Source of the DNA: an uncultured Dehalococcoidaceae bacterium
GTDB lineage: Bacteria > Chloroflexota > Dehalococcoidia > Dehalococcoidales > RBG-16-60-22
Direction of reading: 5' to 3'
Length of the DNA: 64,000 bases
Assembly (NCBI GenBank): GCA_964493435.1
Contig: CAZBMB010000005.1
Span: 3,182 to 67,181 of the forward strand
The position numbers were made by a program, and so were the translations under genes. Shown here piece after piece: positions 36,265 to 46,746 of this stretch (position 1 is the first letter of the stretch; each line of letters starts with the position of its first letter). The notes below the pieces were generated by a model. That model did not search any database. It was given only the letters and a program-made list of their open reading frames with translations, and was not told the DNA's origin.

Positions 36265-37455
36265 CTATTCTCTATCCTGCAACGCCTCCACGCCGGGCAG
36301 TTTTTCCCCGCTTAGAAACTCCAAGGAAGCCCCGCCTCCCGTGGAAACAAAGGTCATTTTATCGGCCAGGCCCATATCTATGACTGCTTCCGCGGTGGAG
36401 CCCCCGCCAATGACCGTCATGGCGTCAAGCCCGGCCAGCAATCTGGCCAGTTCCTGCGTTCCCCGGGCAAAACGCGGGATTTCAAATATCCCCATCGGCC
36501 CGTTCCAGAAAATCGTCCGGCACTTCTCCAATTCCCGACTGAAGGCGCCTATCGTCTGCGGCCCTACATCCATAATTCTCCTGTCCTTCGGTATCTTCTC
36601 GGCAGGAACAGTTTCAACCTGAGCTTCGTTGCTGATTTCATCAGCGACCACGGCATCAACCGGCAGCATCAGGTTCACCTTCTCGCTTTGCGCCATCTCC
36701 ATTAAACGACCGGCTGTCTCCAGCATATCCTCCTCAAGCAGAGACCTGCCAACCTCGCGTGATTTAGCTTTCAAAAACGTCGCCGCCATGCCGCCGCCAA
36801 CCATGACATAGTCCACCCGACCCATTATGTTTTCCAGCATACCAACCTTATCGCTTATCTTGGCCCCGCCCAGCAGAGCGGCGAACGGCCGGGCCGGACT
36901 TTGCAGTATCTTGCTCAGGTTGGCCACTTCCTTTTCCATCAGAAAGCCGGCCACCGCCGGCAGGTACTCGGTGATAACCGATATCGAAGCATGGGCCCTA
37001 TGTGCCGCCCCAAAGGCGTCATTGACCAAGACATCGCCCAGGCGGGCCAGAGCCTGGGCAAACGACGCGTCTCCCGCTTCCTCCCCGGCATGAAAGCGCA
37101 GGTTCTCCAGCATGAGAATATCACCCGATTTCATCTCGGCCACCATATTTTCCACACCGGGGCCAACACAATCCGGGGCCATGGCGACCTTCCGGCCGAG
37201 GATCTGGGAGAGGCGCCTGGCAGCTATGTCCAGCCCCATTCCTTCAACCACCTTCCCTTTGGGTCGGCCCAGATGAGACATCAATATAGCTTTGGCGCCG
37301 TGCTCGATTAGATATTTAATGGTGGGAAGAGCGGCGCGGATGCGGTTATCATCGGTTATCGCCCCCGTTTTTTCATCCAGTGGCACGTTGAAGTCAACAC
37401 GCACCAGCACCCGTTTGTCCTTTACCTCTATATCCCTGACCGTCATTTTGGGCAT
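36265..37455 (-). CDS. pgk: phosphoglycerate kinase
   Basis: RVDFNVP, SHLGRP, LENLRF, NDAFG and STGGGASLE motifs. Confidence 0.97.
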   Translation of the reverse strand: MPKMTVRDIEVKDKRVLVRVDFNVPLDEKTGAITDDNRIRAALPTIKYLIEHGAKAILMSHLGRPKGKVVEGMGLDIAARRLSQILGRKVAMAPDCVGPGVENMVAEMKSGDILMLENLRFHAGEEAGDASFAQALARLGDVLVNDAFGAAHRAHASISVITEYLPAVAGFLMEKEVANLSKILQSPARPFAALLGGAKISDKVGMLENIMGRVDYVMVGGGMAATFLKAKSREVGRSLLEEDMLETAGRLMEMAQSEKVNLMLPVDAVVADEISNEAQVETVPAEKIPKDRRIMDVGPQTIGAFSRELEKCRTIFWNGPMGIFEIPRFARGTQELARLLAGLDAMTVIGGGSTAEAVIDMGLADKMTFVSTGGGASLEFLSGEKLPGVEALQDRE

Positions 37456-37541
37456 CTTTTACATCAAACTAGTAAAAATACTTTTCGGGGATATAAATAC
37501 ATGGCGCCACCGCCACTTCTGCACAGCCAACTCCAATTAAC

Positions 37542-39443
37542 TCACCGACTTGATTTGGTTTTCTTGGGTTTACGGCTTTTTTCTTTATGGCCGGGGATGA
37601 ACGATAAGACTTGTCGGGCTATGCCATTTGCGTCCAGGCCGTACTTGGCGCGAATCTCAGCCTGCGTCCCCTGCTCAACATACTCGTCTGGTATGCCGAT
37701 GGTTTTCAGCGGTATTCCATCAACACCCATATCCTGCAGCAATTTGGCCACACTGCTGCCAAAGCCGCCACTCAATGTGTTTTCTTCAACCGTCACCAGT
37801 CGCGGCATATACCGCACCAGACTCGCCATCGATGCAGAATCGAGTGGCTTGACGAAGCGAGCGTTTATCACGGCGGCACTGACCCCGTTTGCCGCCAGCT
37901 CATGCGCCGCCTCAAGGGCTGGGGCCACGGTAACACCGACCGCCAGTATGGCGACATCGCTCCCCTCACGCATTACTTCCCATTCGCCAATCTGTATTTT
38001 ATGTAAAACAGTGTCCAGCGGCACCCCTAACCCCTGCCCGCGGGGGTATCGTATGGCCATGGCCTGGCCTGAGTTTACCGCCGTATAAAGCAGGTGCTGC
38101 AGCTCGTTTTCATCTCTCGGGGCGGCGACGCTCAGATGAGGGATAAGGGTCAGGTAGGAGAGGTCGAAAGTCCCCTGATGCGTTTTGCCATCGTCGCCAA
38201 CAATGCCGCCGCGGTCAATGGCGAAAACAACGGGCAGGTTCTGCAGGCAGACGTCATGTATAACCTGGTCGAAAGCACGTTGTAAAAAGGTGGAGTAAAT
38301 GGCGACAATGGGCACTAGGCCCTGAGTGGCCAGCCCGGCAGCCAGGGTGACCGCATGCTGCTCGCAGATGCCGACATCAAAGACGCGGTTTGGGAATTCG
38401 GCAGCCACAATGCCCAGTCGGTTGCCTTCCGGCATGGCCGGAGTTATGGTGACTATTCTGGGGTCGTCACGGGTCAAGCGAAGCACTGTCTGGGCAAATA
38501 CTTCGCTGTACGTCGGTATATTTTGCCTGCTGATGCGCATGGCTGGCACGCCATGAAAATAAACAGCGTTATCCTCGGCAGGACGATACCCTTTGCCCTT
38601 GGTGGTCAGAACATGAACCAAAGTTGGCTTCTGATTATATTCTATGGCCTGGCGCAGCGCCTTTTCAATTTCTGCGGTATCATGTCCGTTGATAGGCCCG
38701 ATATAGGTAAAGCCCAGTTCCTCCCAGATCATGGTTGGTAGCAGCAACCCTTTAAACCGGCCCCGGGCCTGCCGACCTACCTCCCAGACCACGTTTCCGA
38801 ATGGCAAAGCCTTGAGCAGGCGATGGCTCTCTTCTTTAGCCCAGCGATAGCGACGGTCGAATCGCACCCGATTTAGCATTCTGGCCAGACTGCCTACCGT
38901 AGGCGATATCGACATGCCATTATCATTGAGAACGACCGTCAATCTGGGGCCCAGATGGCCGGCGTGATTCAGTGCTTCCAAAGCCATGCCGCCCGTTATG
39001 GCGCCATCACCGATTACCGCCACCACATTGTAGTCATCACCGCGAAGGTCACGGGCGATAGCCATCCCCAGCGCCGCCGAAATCGATGTGCTGGCATGAC
39101 CGGTACCAAACGGATCGTGTGGGCTTTCCTCAGGGTCAGTGAAGCCCGAGAGACCGCCATACTGACGCAGTGAAGCAAAACGCTCTTTCCTTCCGGTTAG
39201 CAGTTTATGCACGTAGCTCTGATGGCCGACATCCCAGATTATCTTATCCTTCGGGCTATTAAAAATACGGTGCAGAGCGATGGTTAGTTCCACTACCCCT
39301 AGGTTTGAGGCCAGATGGCCGCCAGTAGTGGTGGTGGTAGCAACCAGAACCTGCCTGAGCTCGTCAGCCAGCTGCTTGAGTTCATGTTCGCTTAGCTTCC
39401 TTAAATCGGCAGGACTTTCAATCCGGTCAAGTAAACTAGGCAT
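37542..39443 (-). CDS. dxs: 1-deoxy-D-xylulose-5-phosphate synthase
   Basis: GGHLASNLG, WDVGHQ, GDGAITGG, NDNGMSI and DVGICEQH motifs. Confidence 0.97.
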   Translation of the reverse strand: MPSLLDRIESPADLRKLSEHELKQLADELRQVLVATTTTTGGHLASNLGVVELTIALHRIFNSPKDKIIWDVGHQSYVHKLLTGRKERFASLRQYGGLSGFTDPEESPHDPFGTGHASTSISAALGMAIARDLRGDDYNVVAVIGDGAITGGMALEALNHAGHLGPRLTVVLNDNGMSISPTVGSLARMLNRVRFDRRYRWAKEESHRLLKALPFGNVVWEVGRQARGRFKGLLLPTMIWEELGFTYIGPINGHDTAEIEKALRQAIEYNQKPTLVHVLTTKGKGYRPAEDNAVYFHGVPAMRISRQNIPTYSEVFAQTVLRLTRDDPRIVTITPAMPEGNRLGIVAAEFPNRVFDVGICEQHAVTLAAGLATQGLVPIVAIYSTFLQRAFDQVIHDVCLQNLPVVFAIDRGGIVGDDGKTHQGTFDLSYLTLIPHLSVAAPRDENELQHLLYTAVNSGQAMAIRYPRGQGLGVPLDTVLHKIQIGEWEVMREGSDVAILAVGVTVAPALEAAHELAANGVSAAVINARFVKPLDSASMASLVRYMPRLVTVEENTLSGGFGSSVAKLLQDMGVDGIPLKTIGIPDEYVEQGTQAEIRAKYGLDANGIARQVLSFIPGHKEKSRKPKKTKSSR

Positions 39444-39579
39444 ATTTTACTCTTCGTATCGAAAACGTTGATTATCTCCATTTAACAATGCGTGGAGGCT
39501 ATTGTCAAGAAAATTGAACTCAGCATGCCATTCTTGACCAGCTTTTCCCTTTCGTGATACATTTGATTGGTAGCAGAAC

Positions 39580-39653
39580 GTCCCTGTAGCTCAGATGGAC
39601 AGAGCGGCTGCCTTCTAAGCAGCGGGTCGTGGGTTCGAATCCCGCCAGGGACG
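39580..39653 (+). tRNA. tRNA-Arg(TCT)
   Basis: GTCCCTG/CAGGGAC acceptor, GCTGC-CTTCTAA-GCAGC anticodon arm, GTTCGAA T-loop. Confidence 0.95.
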
Positions 39654-39685
39654 CTTATTAATGTTTATTTTGGAGGTATTTTATC

Positions 39686-41320
39686 TTGAAAGTCAGTGAT
39701 GCCATCGCGGAGATTCTCAAACTTGAAGGCGCCGAGTTTCTTAGCTGCTATCCAACTACATCCATTATAGATGCTTCGGCCAAAGCCGGACTGCGACCCA
39801 TCGTCTGCCGACAGGAGCGAGTAGGGATGGGAATCGCTGACGGCTACAGCCGCGTCACTAACGGGAAGCGTCTTGGTGTGTTTGCTATGCAGTACGGCCC
39901 TGGAACAGAGAACGCCTTTTCCGGAGTGGCTACAGCCTACTCCGACTCAGTGCCGGTACTTGTCCTACCCCTGGGCCAAGCCCGTGACCGGGCGTGGATA
40001 AAACCCTACTTCAGTTCAGTCCGCAGCTACGAGGCCATAACCAAATGGATAGAGCAGGTTAATATAGCCGAAAAGATACCTGAAGTCATGCGGCGTGCCA
40101 TCTCCATGCTGCGAATGGGCAAGACAGGTCCGGTAATGCTGGAAATACCGGCCGACGTTGCCAATGAGGAAATAGAGCCTTTCGATTATCGGCCGACAAA
40201 ATCCTCTCGGGCTTCCGGCGACCCGCGCGATATTGATGAAGCTGCCCGGGTGCTGGTGGAAGCCGCCTGTCCGGTTATCCATGCCGGCCAGGGAGTGCTC
40301 TATGCTGAAGCATGGGATGAACTCGTAGAGCTTGCCGAGCTGTTACAGGTGCCGGTAATGACCACTCTGCTGGGAAAAAGTGCCTTCCCGGAAAACCACC
40401 CCCTCTCCCTGGGAACAGGTGCCCGAGTCATGACCAAACCGGTGCATCATTTTCTGAACAAAGCTGATGTAATCCTTGGCATCGGTTGCAGCTTTTCCAC
40501 TCACACCATGTCCACGAAGATACCTTCAGGAAAGGTAATCATTCAGGCCATTGCCGATGCCGGAGATATCAATAAATATTATTATACTGACTACCCCATC
40601 ATCGGTGATGCCAAACTGGTGCTCCGGCAGTTCATTGAGGCAGTCAAAGAGCGGCTGGGCAAACAGAGTCGAAAAGGCGATGGCAATATCGCCCAAGAGA
40701 TAAAAAAGATAAAAGAGGGCTGGATAAAAGAATGGCTGGCCAAACTCACCTCGGATGCGGTGCCGATTAATCCCTACCGGGTTATATGGGAGCTCATGCA
40801 CACCCTTGATTCCAAGGATGCCATAGTTACCCATGACGCCGGCAGTCCGCGTGACCAGCTGGTGCCTTTTTATTCGGCGAATGCCCCCCGCAGCTATCTT
40901 GGCTGGGGCAAGTCTCACGGACTGGGCACCGGCCTTGGCCTGGCCATGGGTGCCAAAATGGCGAAACCTGACAAAGTGGCTATAAACTTCATGGGTGACG
41001 CTGCCTTCGGCATGGTAGGGCTTGATTTTGAAACTGCGGCACGGAATAACATCCCGATTATTACCATAGTCCTGAATAACTTCACCATGGCGATTGAAAC
41101 GGGCCACATGACTACTTCACATGAACGCTACCGCGCCCGTGATATCAGCGGCAACTACGCTGATATGGGCCGAGCCATGAATGGCTACGGCGAGAGGGTG
41201 GAAAAACCAGCCGATATCAAGCCGGCCATCCAGCGGGCTATCCACGCCAATCGGGAGGAAGGAAAGCCAGCACTGCTTGAGTTCATTACCGGCGAGGAGA
41301 TTACCTTTCCCAGCTTTTAG
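39686..41320 (+). CDS. thiamine pyrophosphate-requiring enzyme (ALS/decarboxylase family), substrate unknown
   Basis: RQER...IADG, QYGPG and GDAAFGM...NN (TPP-binding) motifs; TTG start. Confidence 0.88.
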   Translation: MKVSDAIAEILKLEGAEFLSCYPTTSIIDASAKAGLRPIVCRQERVGMGIADGYSRVTNGKRLGVFAMQYGPGTENAFSGVATAYSDSVPVLVLPLGQARDRAWIKPYFSSVRSYEAITKWIEQVNIAEKIPEVMRRAISMLRMGKTGPVMLEIPADVANEEIEPFDYRPTKSSRASGDPRDIDEAARVLVEAACPVIHAGQGVLYAEAWDELVELAELLQVPVMTTLLGKSAFPENHPLSLGTGARVMTKPVHHFLNKADVILGIGCSFSTHTMSTKIPSGKVIIQAIADAGDINKYYYTDYPIIGDAKLVLRQFIEAVKERLGKQSRKGDGNIAQEIKKIKEGWIKEWLAKLTSDAVPINPYRVIWELMHTLDSKDAIVTHDAGSPRDQLVPFYSANAPRSYLGWGKSHGLGTGLGLAMGAKMAKPDKVAINFMGDAAFGMVGLDFETAARNNIPIITIVLNNFTMAIETGHMTTSHERYRARDISGNYADMGRAMNGYGERVEKPADIKPAIQRAIHANREEGKPALLEFITGEEITFPSF

Positions 41321-41827
41321 TCAGTGCTTATTGATGTGCCCGGCTTCCAGCTCAAGAAGTGCCTGTTTGCGATGCAGCCCGCCACCATATCCCACCAGTC
41401 CACCGCTGGTGCCGATAACGCGGTGACAGGGCACGATAATAGCAATCGGATTGGTGCCAACAGCCTGACCAACAGCACGACTGGCTTCAGGGCGACCTAT
41501 GGCGCTGGCAATCTGTCCATATGACCTAGTCTCGCCGTAAGGTATGCTCAAAAGGAGTTCCCAGATCTGACGCTGGAACTCAGTACCACGAAGGTCAAGG
41601 GGAACACTGAATTTTTGTAAATCACCAGTGAAGTAGGCCTCTAATTCCGCGATTATTTCATCATTTTGACCGATGGTGTTTTTGATTTCAATGCCCTGCC
41701 GACGCCAGCGTGCCATCAATGATGACGTACGGGACTCGGTCTTGATAAATACAACGCCGCGGGAAGAACTGCCAATAATATAGGTGCCAAGCGGACTTTT
41801 ATACTGGCTTAAGAAGATATTTTCCAC
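41321..41827 (-). CDS. ogt: methylated-DNA--protein-cysteine methyltransferase
   Basis: GTEFQRQIW, IPYGETRSY, RAVG and PCHRV active-site motif. Confidence 0.93.
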   Translation of the reverse strand: MENIFLSQYKSPLGTYIIGSSSRGVVFIKTESRTSSLMARWRRQGIEIKNTIGQNDEIIAELEAYFTGDLQKFSVPLDLRGTEFQRQIWELLLSIPYGETRSYGQIASAIGRPEASRAVGQAVGTNPIAIIVPCHRVIGTSGGLVGYGGGLHRKQALLELEAGHINKH

Positions 41828-41892
41828 GTCGCTGATTCCTGCATATCCAGAAAGCGTTGAAGGCTCGGGTTTATCAGTATACCATAAATGTT

Positions 41893-43122
41893 TTATTTAA
41901 TTCTTTCCTGCAGTTCCTCGCGGCTGGTTATTGAAGATACCGTATCCAGAAATTCTTTCAGTGAGGCGCTCTGGCTTCTCAGCTGTTTCAGCTCATCGCC
42001 AATCGGGTTGATGGAGCTTGGCCTGTCGGCATATGCCCCATAAAAAGCAAAATAAGCCTGGTTCAGCTTTCTTATTTTATATCCCTTTGCCGCAAGATAT
42101 TGCCGCTTTTCTTCCATGAATGCCTCAGCCTGCCCTATTTCACCTTTTTCCAGGTATACATCCACCGATTTTCTTATCTCATGCATCTCACGGTCAAAAT
42201 CAAATCCCGACTTTTTCTCCGGCTGTTCGCTCGCATCGCTTTTTGAATCGGGGTAGTAACTCTCTGTAACCATGCTGCCAATCTCCTTGCTGACCAGACC
42301 GGCCACGGTCTCATTTAGAATGGCAATTTCATAATTGCGTTTCACCCCGAGCACATCCAACGCATAACGAAATCCCAGAGGTTTGAAGAAAAGGTACTGG
42401 TGCAGCCACTCCTCTGTTGCCGATGTTACGGTAAACTGCAAGCTCGCCTCACTGGTCACAAATGCCGGATAAGTCCCTCCAAAACCGCCAAGCTCAACCA
42501 CTACAGAAGACACGCCCAGCACATCTACTGCGGCCTCTACCTGCTCCATCTCTTCAACCTTCATTTCCTGCTGGAGCAAGATTTCCCTCATGCTTTCTAT
42601 CTTCTCGCGGGGAGAAATTACCAGCAGATGGGGCGGCTTTTCCAGTTTGAAATTCAGCGGCGGGAAATTAACCTTTAACTTCACGTATTTATCCACCGGA
42701 TGATAGATACCCTGCTGAAAAAGCGCCTCTTTTATCTGTCCGCTGATGACCGCTTCCGCCTGGTCTACCAGAGAGCTCCTCTGCTGCTGTAGCTCGCCCA
42801 GTTCCTCTTCAAGAGCAGCTATGTCTCCAATCCTATGGCCCGCCTTTATCGCCTCTACCTCATATATCAGCGATTTAATCCGCTCCACGCTGGCAAAATA
42901 TTCCTTCACCTCTGCCGCTTTACCACCAGATGCGCCACCGCGGTTAACAGTTGCACCCTTTATCCCTTCGGCAATGGCGCTTGCCTCCCACCGGGCGATG
43001 TTGAAACGATAAGGACGGGCGATATGGCTCAGGCTTTTATTGAAATTCTTGGTGGCAGCACATCCAGCACCGAGCAAACAAAATGAGATTATACCTGCCA
43101 TCACTGCAAGCTCTAGCTTCAT
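41893..43122 (-). CDS. conserved hypothetical lipoprotein (possible aminopeptidase-like fold)
   Basis: lipobox-like GAGC; EEWLHQY and NET..G and IRKLNQAYFAFYGAY segments; fold assignment is weak. Confidence 0.75.
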   Translation of the reverse strand: MKLELAVMAGIISFCLLGAGCAATKNFNKSLSHIARPYRFNIARWEASAIAEGIKGATVNRGGASGGKAAEVKEYFASVERIKSLIYEVEAIKAGHRIGDIAALEEELGELQQQRSSLVDQAEAVISGQIKEALFQQGIYHPVDKYVKLKVNFPPLNFKLEKPPHLLVISPREKIESMREILLQQEMKVEEMEQVEAAVDVLGVSSVVVELGGFGGTYPAFVTSEASLQFTVTSATEEWLHQYLFFKPLGFRYALDVLGVKRNYEIAILNETVAGLVSKEIGSMVTESYYPDSKSDASEQPEKKSGFDFDREMHEIRKSVDVYLEKGEIGQAEAFMEEKRQYLAAKGYKIRKLNQAYFAFYGAYADRPSSINPIGDELKQLRSQSASLKEFLDTVSSITSREELQERIK

Positions 43123-43766
43123 TCCATCCTGACCGCAATTTTGGCCAGTTCCCAGGAGTACTCATAGAGATGCAGGCCCTTGCTCATCGCAATTATTTCT
43201 CCGTCCTCAACCCCGATTTCACTGGCTATATATTCCTTGAGCAGTTGAATCGCTGCCAGATTTGAGGGAAAGCCCGCCCAGAGGTCCCAGGAACGGAAAT
43301 AGACCACAAAATTGAGTTTGTTATCCCTTACCCGCGTGTCTATCGCCCTCAGACAGGGAGGATCGGCAAGAAAGATGGACTGGGCATCGCCCACCGCCAT
43401 AAAGGCCTGGTTGGTGTTGAAGCCGTCTTCCTGATACATCCTGACTATCTCGGCAATCTGCGTTTCCAGGTACTGGCCATAGGTGTACTGCTCACCTTGC
43501 TTACGGTGTGCCGTCATCAGATATGGCAGGTATTCCTCCACGTAGTCCATAGTGCTCGGCGGCGGCACTCCCTGGGGCACGTCCGGTATAAGCGGCCTCG
43601 TTCCGGGATATTTAATCTGAACGACAGCAAAGTCGAGCTCCTTCCGCCTCTGCCCGGCGTAACTGCCGCGATCAATTATATATTCATAACCATCAGTGAG
43701 GGCCTTACAGACACACTGGAACCAAGCTTCGGAAAGGTCACGCGCTTCAATGAAAGCAATGTTCAT
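43119..43766 (-). CDS. thyA: short (archaeal-length) thymidylate synthase
   Basis: YTYG, PPCL (catalytic Cys), FRSWD, PSN and GLHLYE motifs; 215 aa. Confidence 0.85.
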   Translation of the reverse strand: MNIAFIEARDLSEAWFQCVCKALTDGYEYIIDRGSYAGQRRKELDFAVVQIKYPGTRPLIPDVPQGVPPPSTMDYVEEYLPYLMTAHRKQGEQYTYGQYLETQIAEIVRMYQEDGFNTNQAFMAVGDAQSIFLADPPCLRAIDTRVRDNKLNFVVYFRSWDLWAGFPSNLAAIQLLKEYIASEIGVEDGEIIAMSKGLHLYEYSWELAKIAVRME

Positions 43767-43770
43767 CTAC

Positions 43771-44472
43771 TTACCTCTTCTTGAAAATGGCGAGAAATCT
43801 GTCTTCATACTCGGTGAAAAGATTCCAGCGGTCAAGCTCCTTTTTAAGTTCAGCCGGGTCAAACTCGCCGGCCATTACGCGACGGAACATCTCCTCGATT
43901 CTCAACCGGGCATCCATGGGTATACCGCTGACATCTATATCCAGCAGTCCCCTCGCCCCCATCTGCGAAACGTGGTGCGGCAGTGCGCCTCTGGCCACTT
44001 CATAGATAAATTTGAGCAGCGAAACGTCCCATAATTCATCTTCGCCTTTGATGATTGCCGCCAGAGTGTCGCCGCGCTTATCAATCTCGGCATTCAGCCT
44101 GTCAACCACCGTCCGCCAGTTCTCCGAGACAATGGTGAGCTCTTTCGATTCATTGCGGTAGGTGTAAAAGAGGCCGGGGGCATCAGGTCCGTAGGTTTTG
44201 ATGAGCGCATCCAAGTAACGATGGGCTTCATGGCTGAATCCTTCCAGATGGGAAAGATAGTAAGGAGTGACAATCCTCGGCTTTTCCGCGATTACCTTTC
44301 CCTCCCTCACCACCGTCTCATTCGTCTCTTTGGTCAGCTCCCTATATGCCGGCTCGGTGAGCAGATAGTAGTGGATATTGGTCGTGCCGAAGGTGGCCAG
44401 CTTCTGCTTCGGCGGCCTTATTACCTCGGTACGCCAGACGGCATATTCAATTCGGTCATCGTTGGCAGTCAT
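43771..44472 (-). CDS. hypothetical protein
   Basis: 233-aa ORF tightly packed in the operon (4- and 9-bp gaps); no recognised motif. Confidence 0.8.
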   Translation of the reverse strand: MTANDDRIEYAVWRTEVIRPPKQKLATFGTTNIHYYLLTEPAYRELTKETNETVVREGKVIAEKPRIVTPYYLSHLEGFSHEAHRYLDALIKTYGPDAPGLFYTYRNESKELTIVSENWRTVVDRLNAEIDKRGDTLAAIIKGEDELWDVSLLKFIYEVARGALPHHVSQMGARGLLDIDVSGIPMDARLRIEEMFRRVMAGEFDPAELKKELDRWNLFTEYEDRFLAIFKKR

Positions 44473-44481
44473 CTGATACCT

Positions 44482-45075
44482 CTATGATATGGCTGTCAGC
44501 TCCTGCTTGCACTCGTCAATAATGGTGTTATACTGCGCATCCATCTGCGCCAGCGCGCGGCGCCATTCCTCCTGAAACTGCGGCTGGCTCTCCACATCTA
44601 TTCTGACATTGGCCAATGTACCCACCTGCTGTTTCACCGCCTGCTGTATCTTCGCTTCCACATCGGCTTTCAATGACTCGTAGACCTGCTGCCGCTGCTG
44701 TTCGCCCTGCTCAGCGTAATGGTCAAAGACACGCCTCAGCTTGCTGAATACGTTTTCCACACTTACTTTATCGTTTTTCAGCAGCTTTATCCCTTCCATC
44801 ACCCGTTTGTTTTTCTTACGCAGAAAATCATTCCGGGGCAGGTCAATATTCCGTACCAGCACGCCCTGAATCCCTTCAATGACATACTTTTTCTCTTTTT
44901 CCTCGTACTTACCCAGCTCGGATAGCAAATTCAGGTTCTGCTTCAAGTATCGCGCGGCCAGTTTCTCCCCCTCTGGAACGTGCTTCCAGTGCAGCCGTTC
45001 CTCTTCGGTTATCTCCCCCAGCTTCGCCACCTTCTCCATAGCTATTTCCAGAGCGCTCTTTATTTCTTCTCCCAT
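44482..45075 (-). CDS. hypothetical helical protein
   Basis: 197 aa, charged coiled-coil character, starts MGEEIKSALEIAMEK; first gene of the operon. Confidence 0.8.
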   Translation of the reverse strand: MGEEIKSALEIAMEKVAKLGEITEEERLHWKHVPEGEKLAARYLKQNLNLLSELGKYEEKEKKYVIEGIQGVLVRNIDLPRNDFLRKKNKRVMEGIKLLKNDKVSVENVFSKLRRVFDHYAEQGEQQRQQVYESLKADVEAKIQQAVKQQVGTLANVRIDVESQPQFQEEWRRALAQMDAQYNTIIDECKQELTAIS

Positions 45076-45194
45076 CCTTGCTTTCCCCGCTTCATCACGT
45101 TAAACTCAACTTGCCAAAGATTCCCTTTTTTAAGTATTATACAAAATGCTCACCAAAGCTTAAAGGTGGGACGCCCGCGAAGGAGGCTTTTATT

Positions 45195-45644
45195 ATGCAT
45201 CAGAACTGGAAATTCCACCACGTCTCGGTGGTGGTCAGGGACATGACAAAGGCGATGAAGTTCTATGAAGCCCTGGGGATGGGGCCTTTCCCTCCCCTGC
45301 TCGGGCCGCAGGGCAAAGTGAAACTGGAGAATAAAACCCTGCATGGTCAACCATCCGAATGGGAGCTGGATTTGCGGCACGCCGAGGGTGGCCTGGGCGA
45401 TATAACCTTCGAGCTGATACAACCGCTGGAAGGCGACACACCGGTCAAGGAGTTCCTGGAGAAAAAAGGAGAGGGTGTCCAGCACATCGGCTTTTTCGTC
45501 GACGATATTGATGCCGAAACAGCCAAGCTGGCCGCGAAAGGCTTCAAGCTGACCCAGGGCGCTGAGACACCGACAGTGAAGTGGGCCTATTACGGCACCG
45601 ATGAAGTGGGCGGCTTCTCAATCGAACTCATGCAGAAGAAATAA
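45195..45644 (+). CDS. VOC/glyoxalase-family protein (methylmalonyl-CoA epimerase-like)
   Basis: FHHVSVVV, FELIQP, VQHIGF and IELMQ metal-ligand pattern; ATG 45195 behind AGGAGG. Confidence 0.85.
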   Translation: MHQNWKFHHVSVVVRDMTKAMKFYEALGMGPFPPLLGPQGKVKLENKTLHGQPSEWELDLRHAEGGLGDITFELIQPLEGDTPVKEFLEKKGEGVQHIGFFVDDIDAETAKLAAKGFKLTQGAETPTVKWAYYGTDEVGGFSIELMQKK

Positions 45645-45656
45645 GATTACTTCTTC

Positions 45657-46745
45657 TTATATTTTCCCAGCAATGAGCTCGCCCATCTCCTTGGTACCGA
45701 CCTTGTTCATGCCTTCATCCATGATGTCGTAGGTGCGGTGGCCATCATTCAATACGTCAAGGACGGCTTTCTCCACTGCCCGTGCTTCTTTTTCTAACCC
45801 GCAGGAATAGCGGAGCATCATGGCCATACTGAGTATGGTGGCGATTGGGTTGGCCATATTCAGACCGGCACGTCGGGGAGCGCTGCCATGTATCGGCTCG
45901 TAAAGCCCTAGCGTTCTGACGCCCTCCTGAGGCACCCCGGCCAAGCTGGCAGAGGGCAGCATGCCCATTGAGCCGGCCAGCATGGAGGCCTCATCGGTCA
46001 GAATATCGCCAAACGTATTCTCGGAGACAACAACATCAAAATGCTTCGGGTTCTGTATCAGACGCATAGAGGCAGCGTCCACCAGCATGTGCTCCAGCTC
46101 TATATCGGGATAACTTTTGGCCAGTTCCGTCGCCACCTGCCGCCATAAGCGTGAGCATTCCAGCACGTTGGCCTTATCAATCGAGATGAGCTTCTTCTTT
46201 CTTCCCCGGGCAAGCTCGAAACCTACCCTGACAACGCGCTCAATCTCCGGTTCCGAGTAAGTCATGGTGTCCACGGCCCGCCATCCCTTGTCCGTCTGCC
46301 AGCGCTTTTTCGGTCGGCCGAAGTAGAGCCCGCCGGTAAGCTCACGTACAAAGATAAAGTCAACCCCTTCAACAACCTCGGTTTTCAGATTGGAGGCATG
46401 AACCAGCATGGGCAGTGCCTTTACCGGACGCAGGTTGGCGAACAGGTCCAGCTTCTTGCGCAGCGCCAGCATCCCGTCTTCCGGTCGGACCTTCGTCCCG
46501 GGTGTATCAAACTTGGGGTCGCCGACGGCGCCCATGAGCACGGCATCGCTTTTCCGGCTCATCTTCAGCACCTCCGGTGGCAGCGGCACGCCGGTAGCAT
46601 CAATCGCTGCCCCACCGATAAGGCCGTCATACATATCGAATATATGACCGTACTTCTTGCCCACGGCCTGCAGCACGTTGACCGCTGCCGTCGTTATCTC
46701 TGGGCCGATGCCATCGCCTGGCAGAACCGCTATGTGAAACTTCAT
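45657..46745 (-). CDS. leuB: 3-isopropylmalate dehydrogenase
   Basis: [30 protein letters not shown] and EPIHGSAP motifs. Confidence 0.96.
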   Translation of the reverse strand: MKFHIAVLPGDGIGPEITTAAVNVLQAVGKKYGHIFDMYDGLIGGAAIDATGVPLPPEVLKMSRKSDAVLMGAVGDPKFDTPGTKVRPEDGMLALRKKLDLFANLRPVKALPMLVHASNLKTEVVEGVDFIFVRELTGGLYFGRPKKRWQTDKGWRAVDTMTYSEPEIERVVRVGFELARGRKKKLISIDKANVLECSRLWRQVATELAKSYPDIELEHMLVDAASMRLIQNPKHFDVVVSENTFGDILTDEASMLAGSMGMLPSASLAGVPQEGVRTLGLYEPIHGSAPRRAGLNMANPIATILSMAMMLRYSCGLEKEARAVEKAVLDVLNDGHRTYDIMDEGMNKVGTKEMGELIAGKI

Positions 46746-46746
46746 T

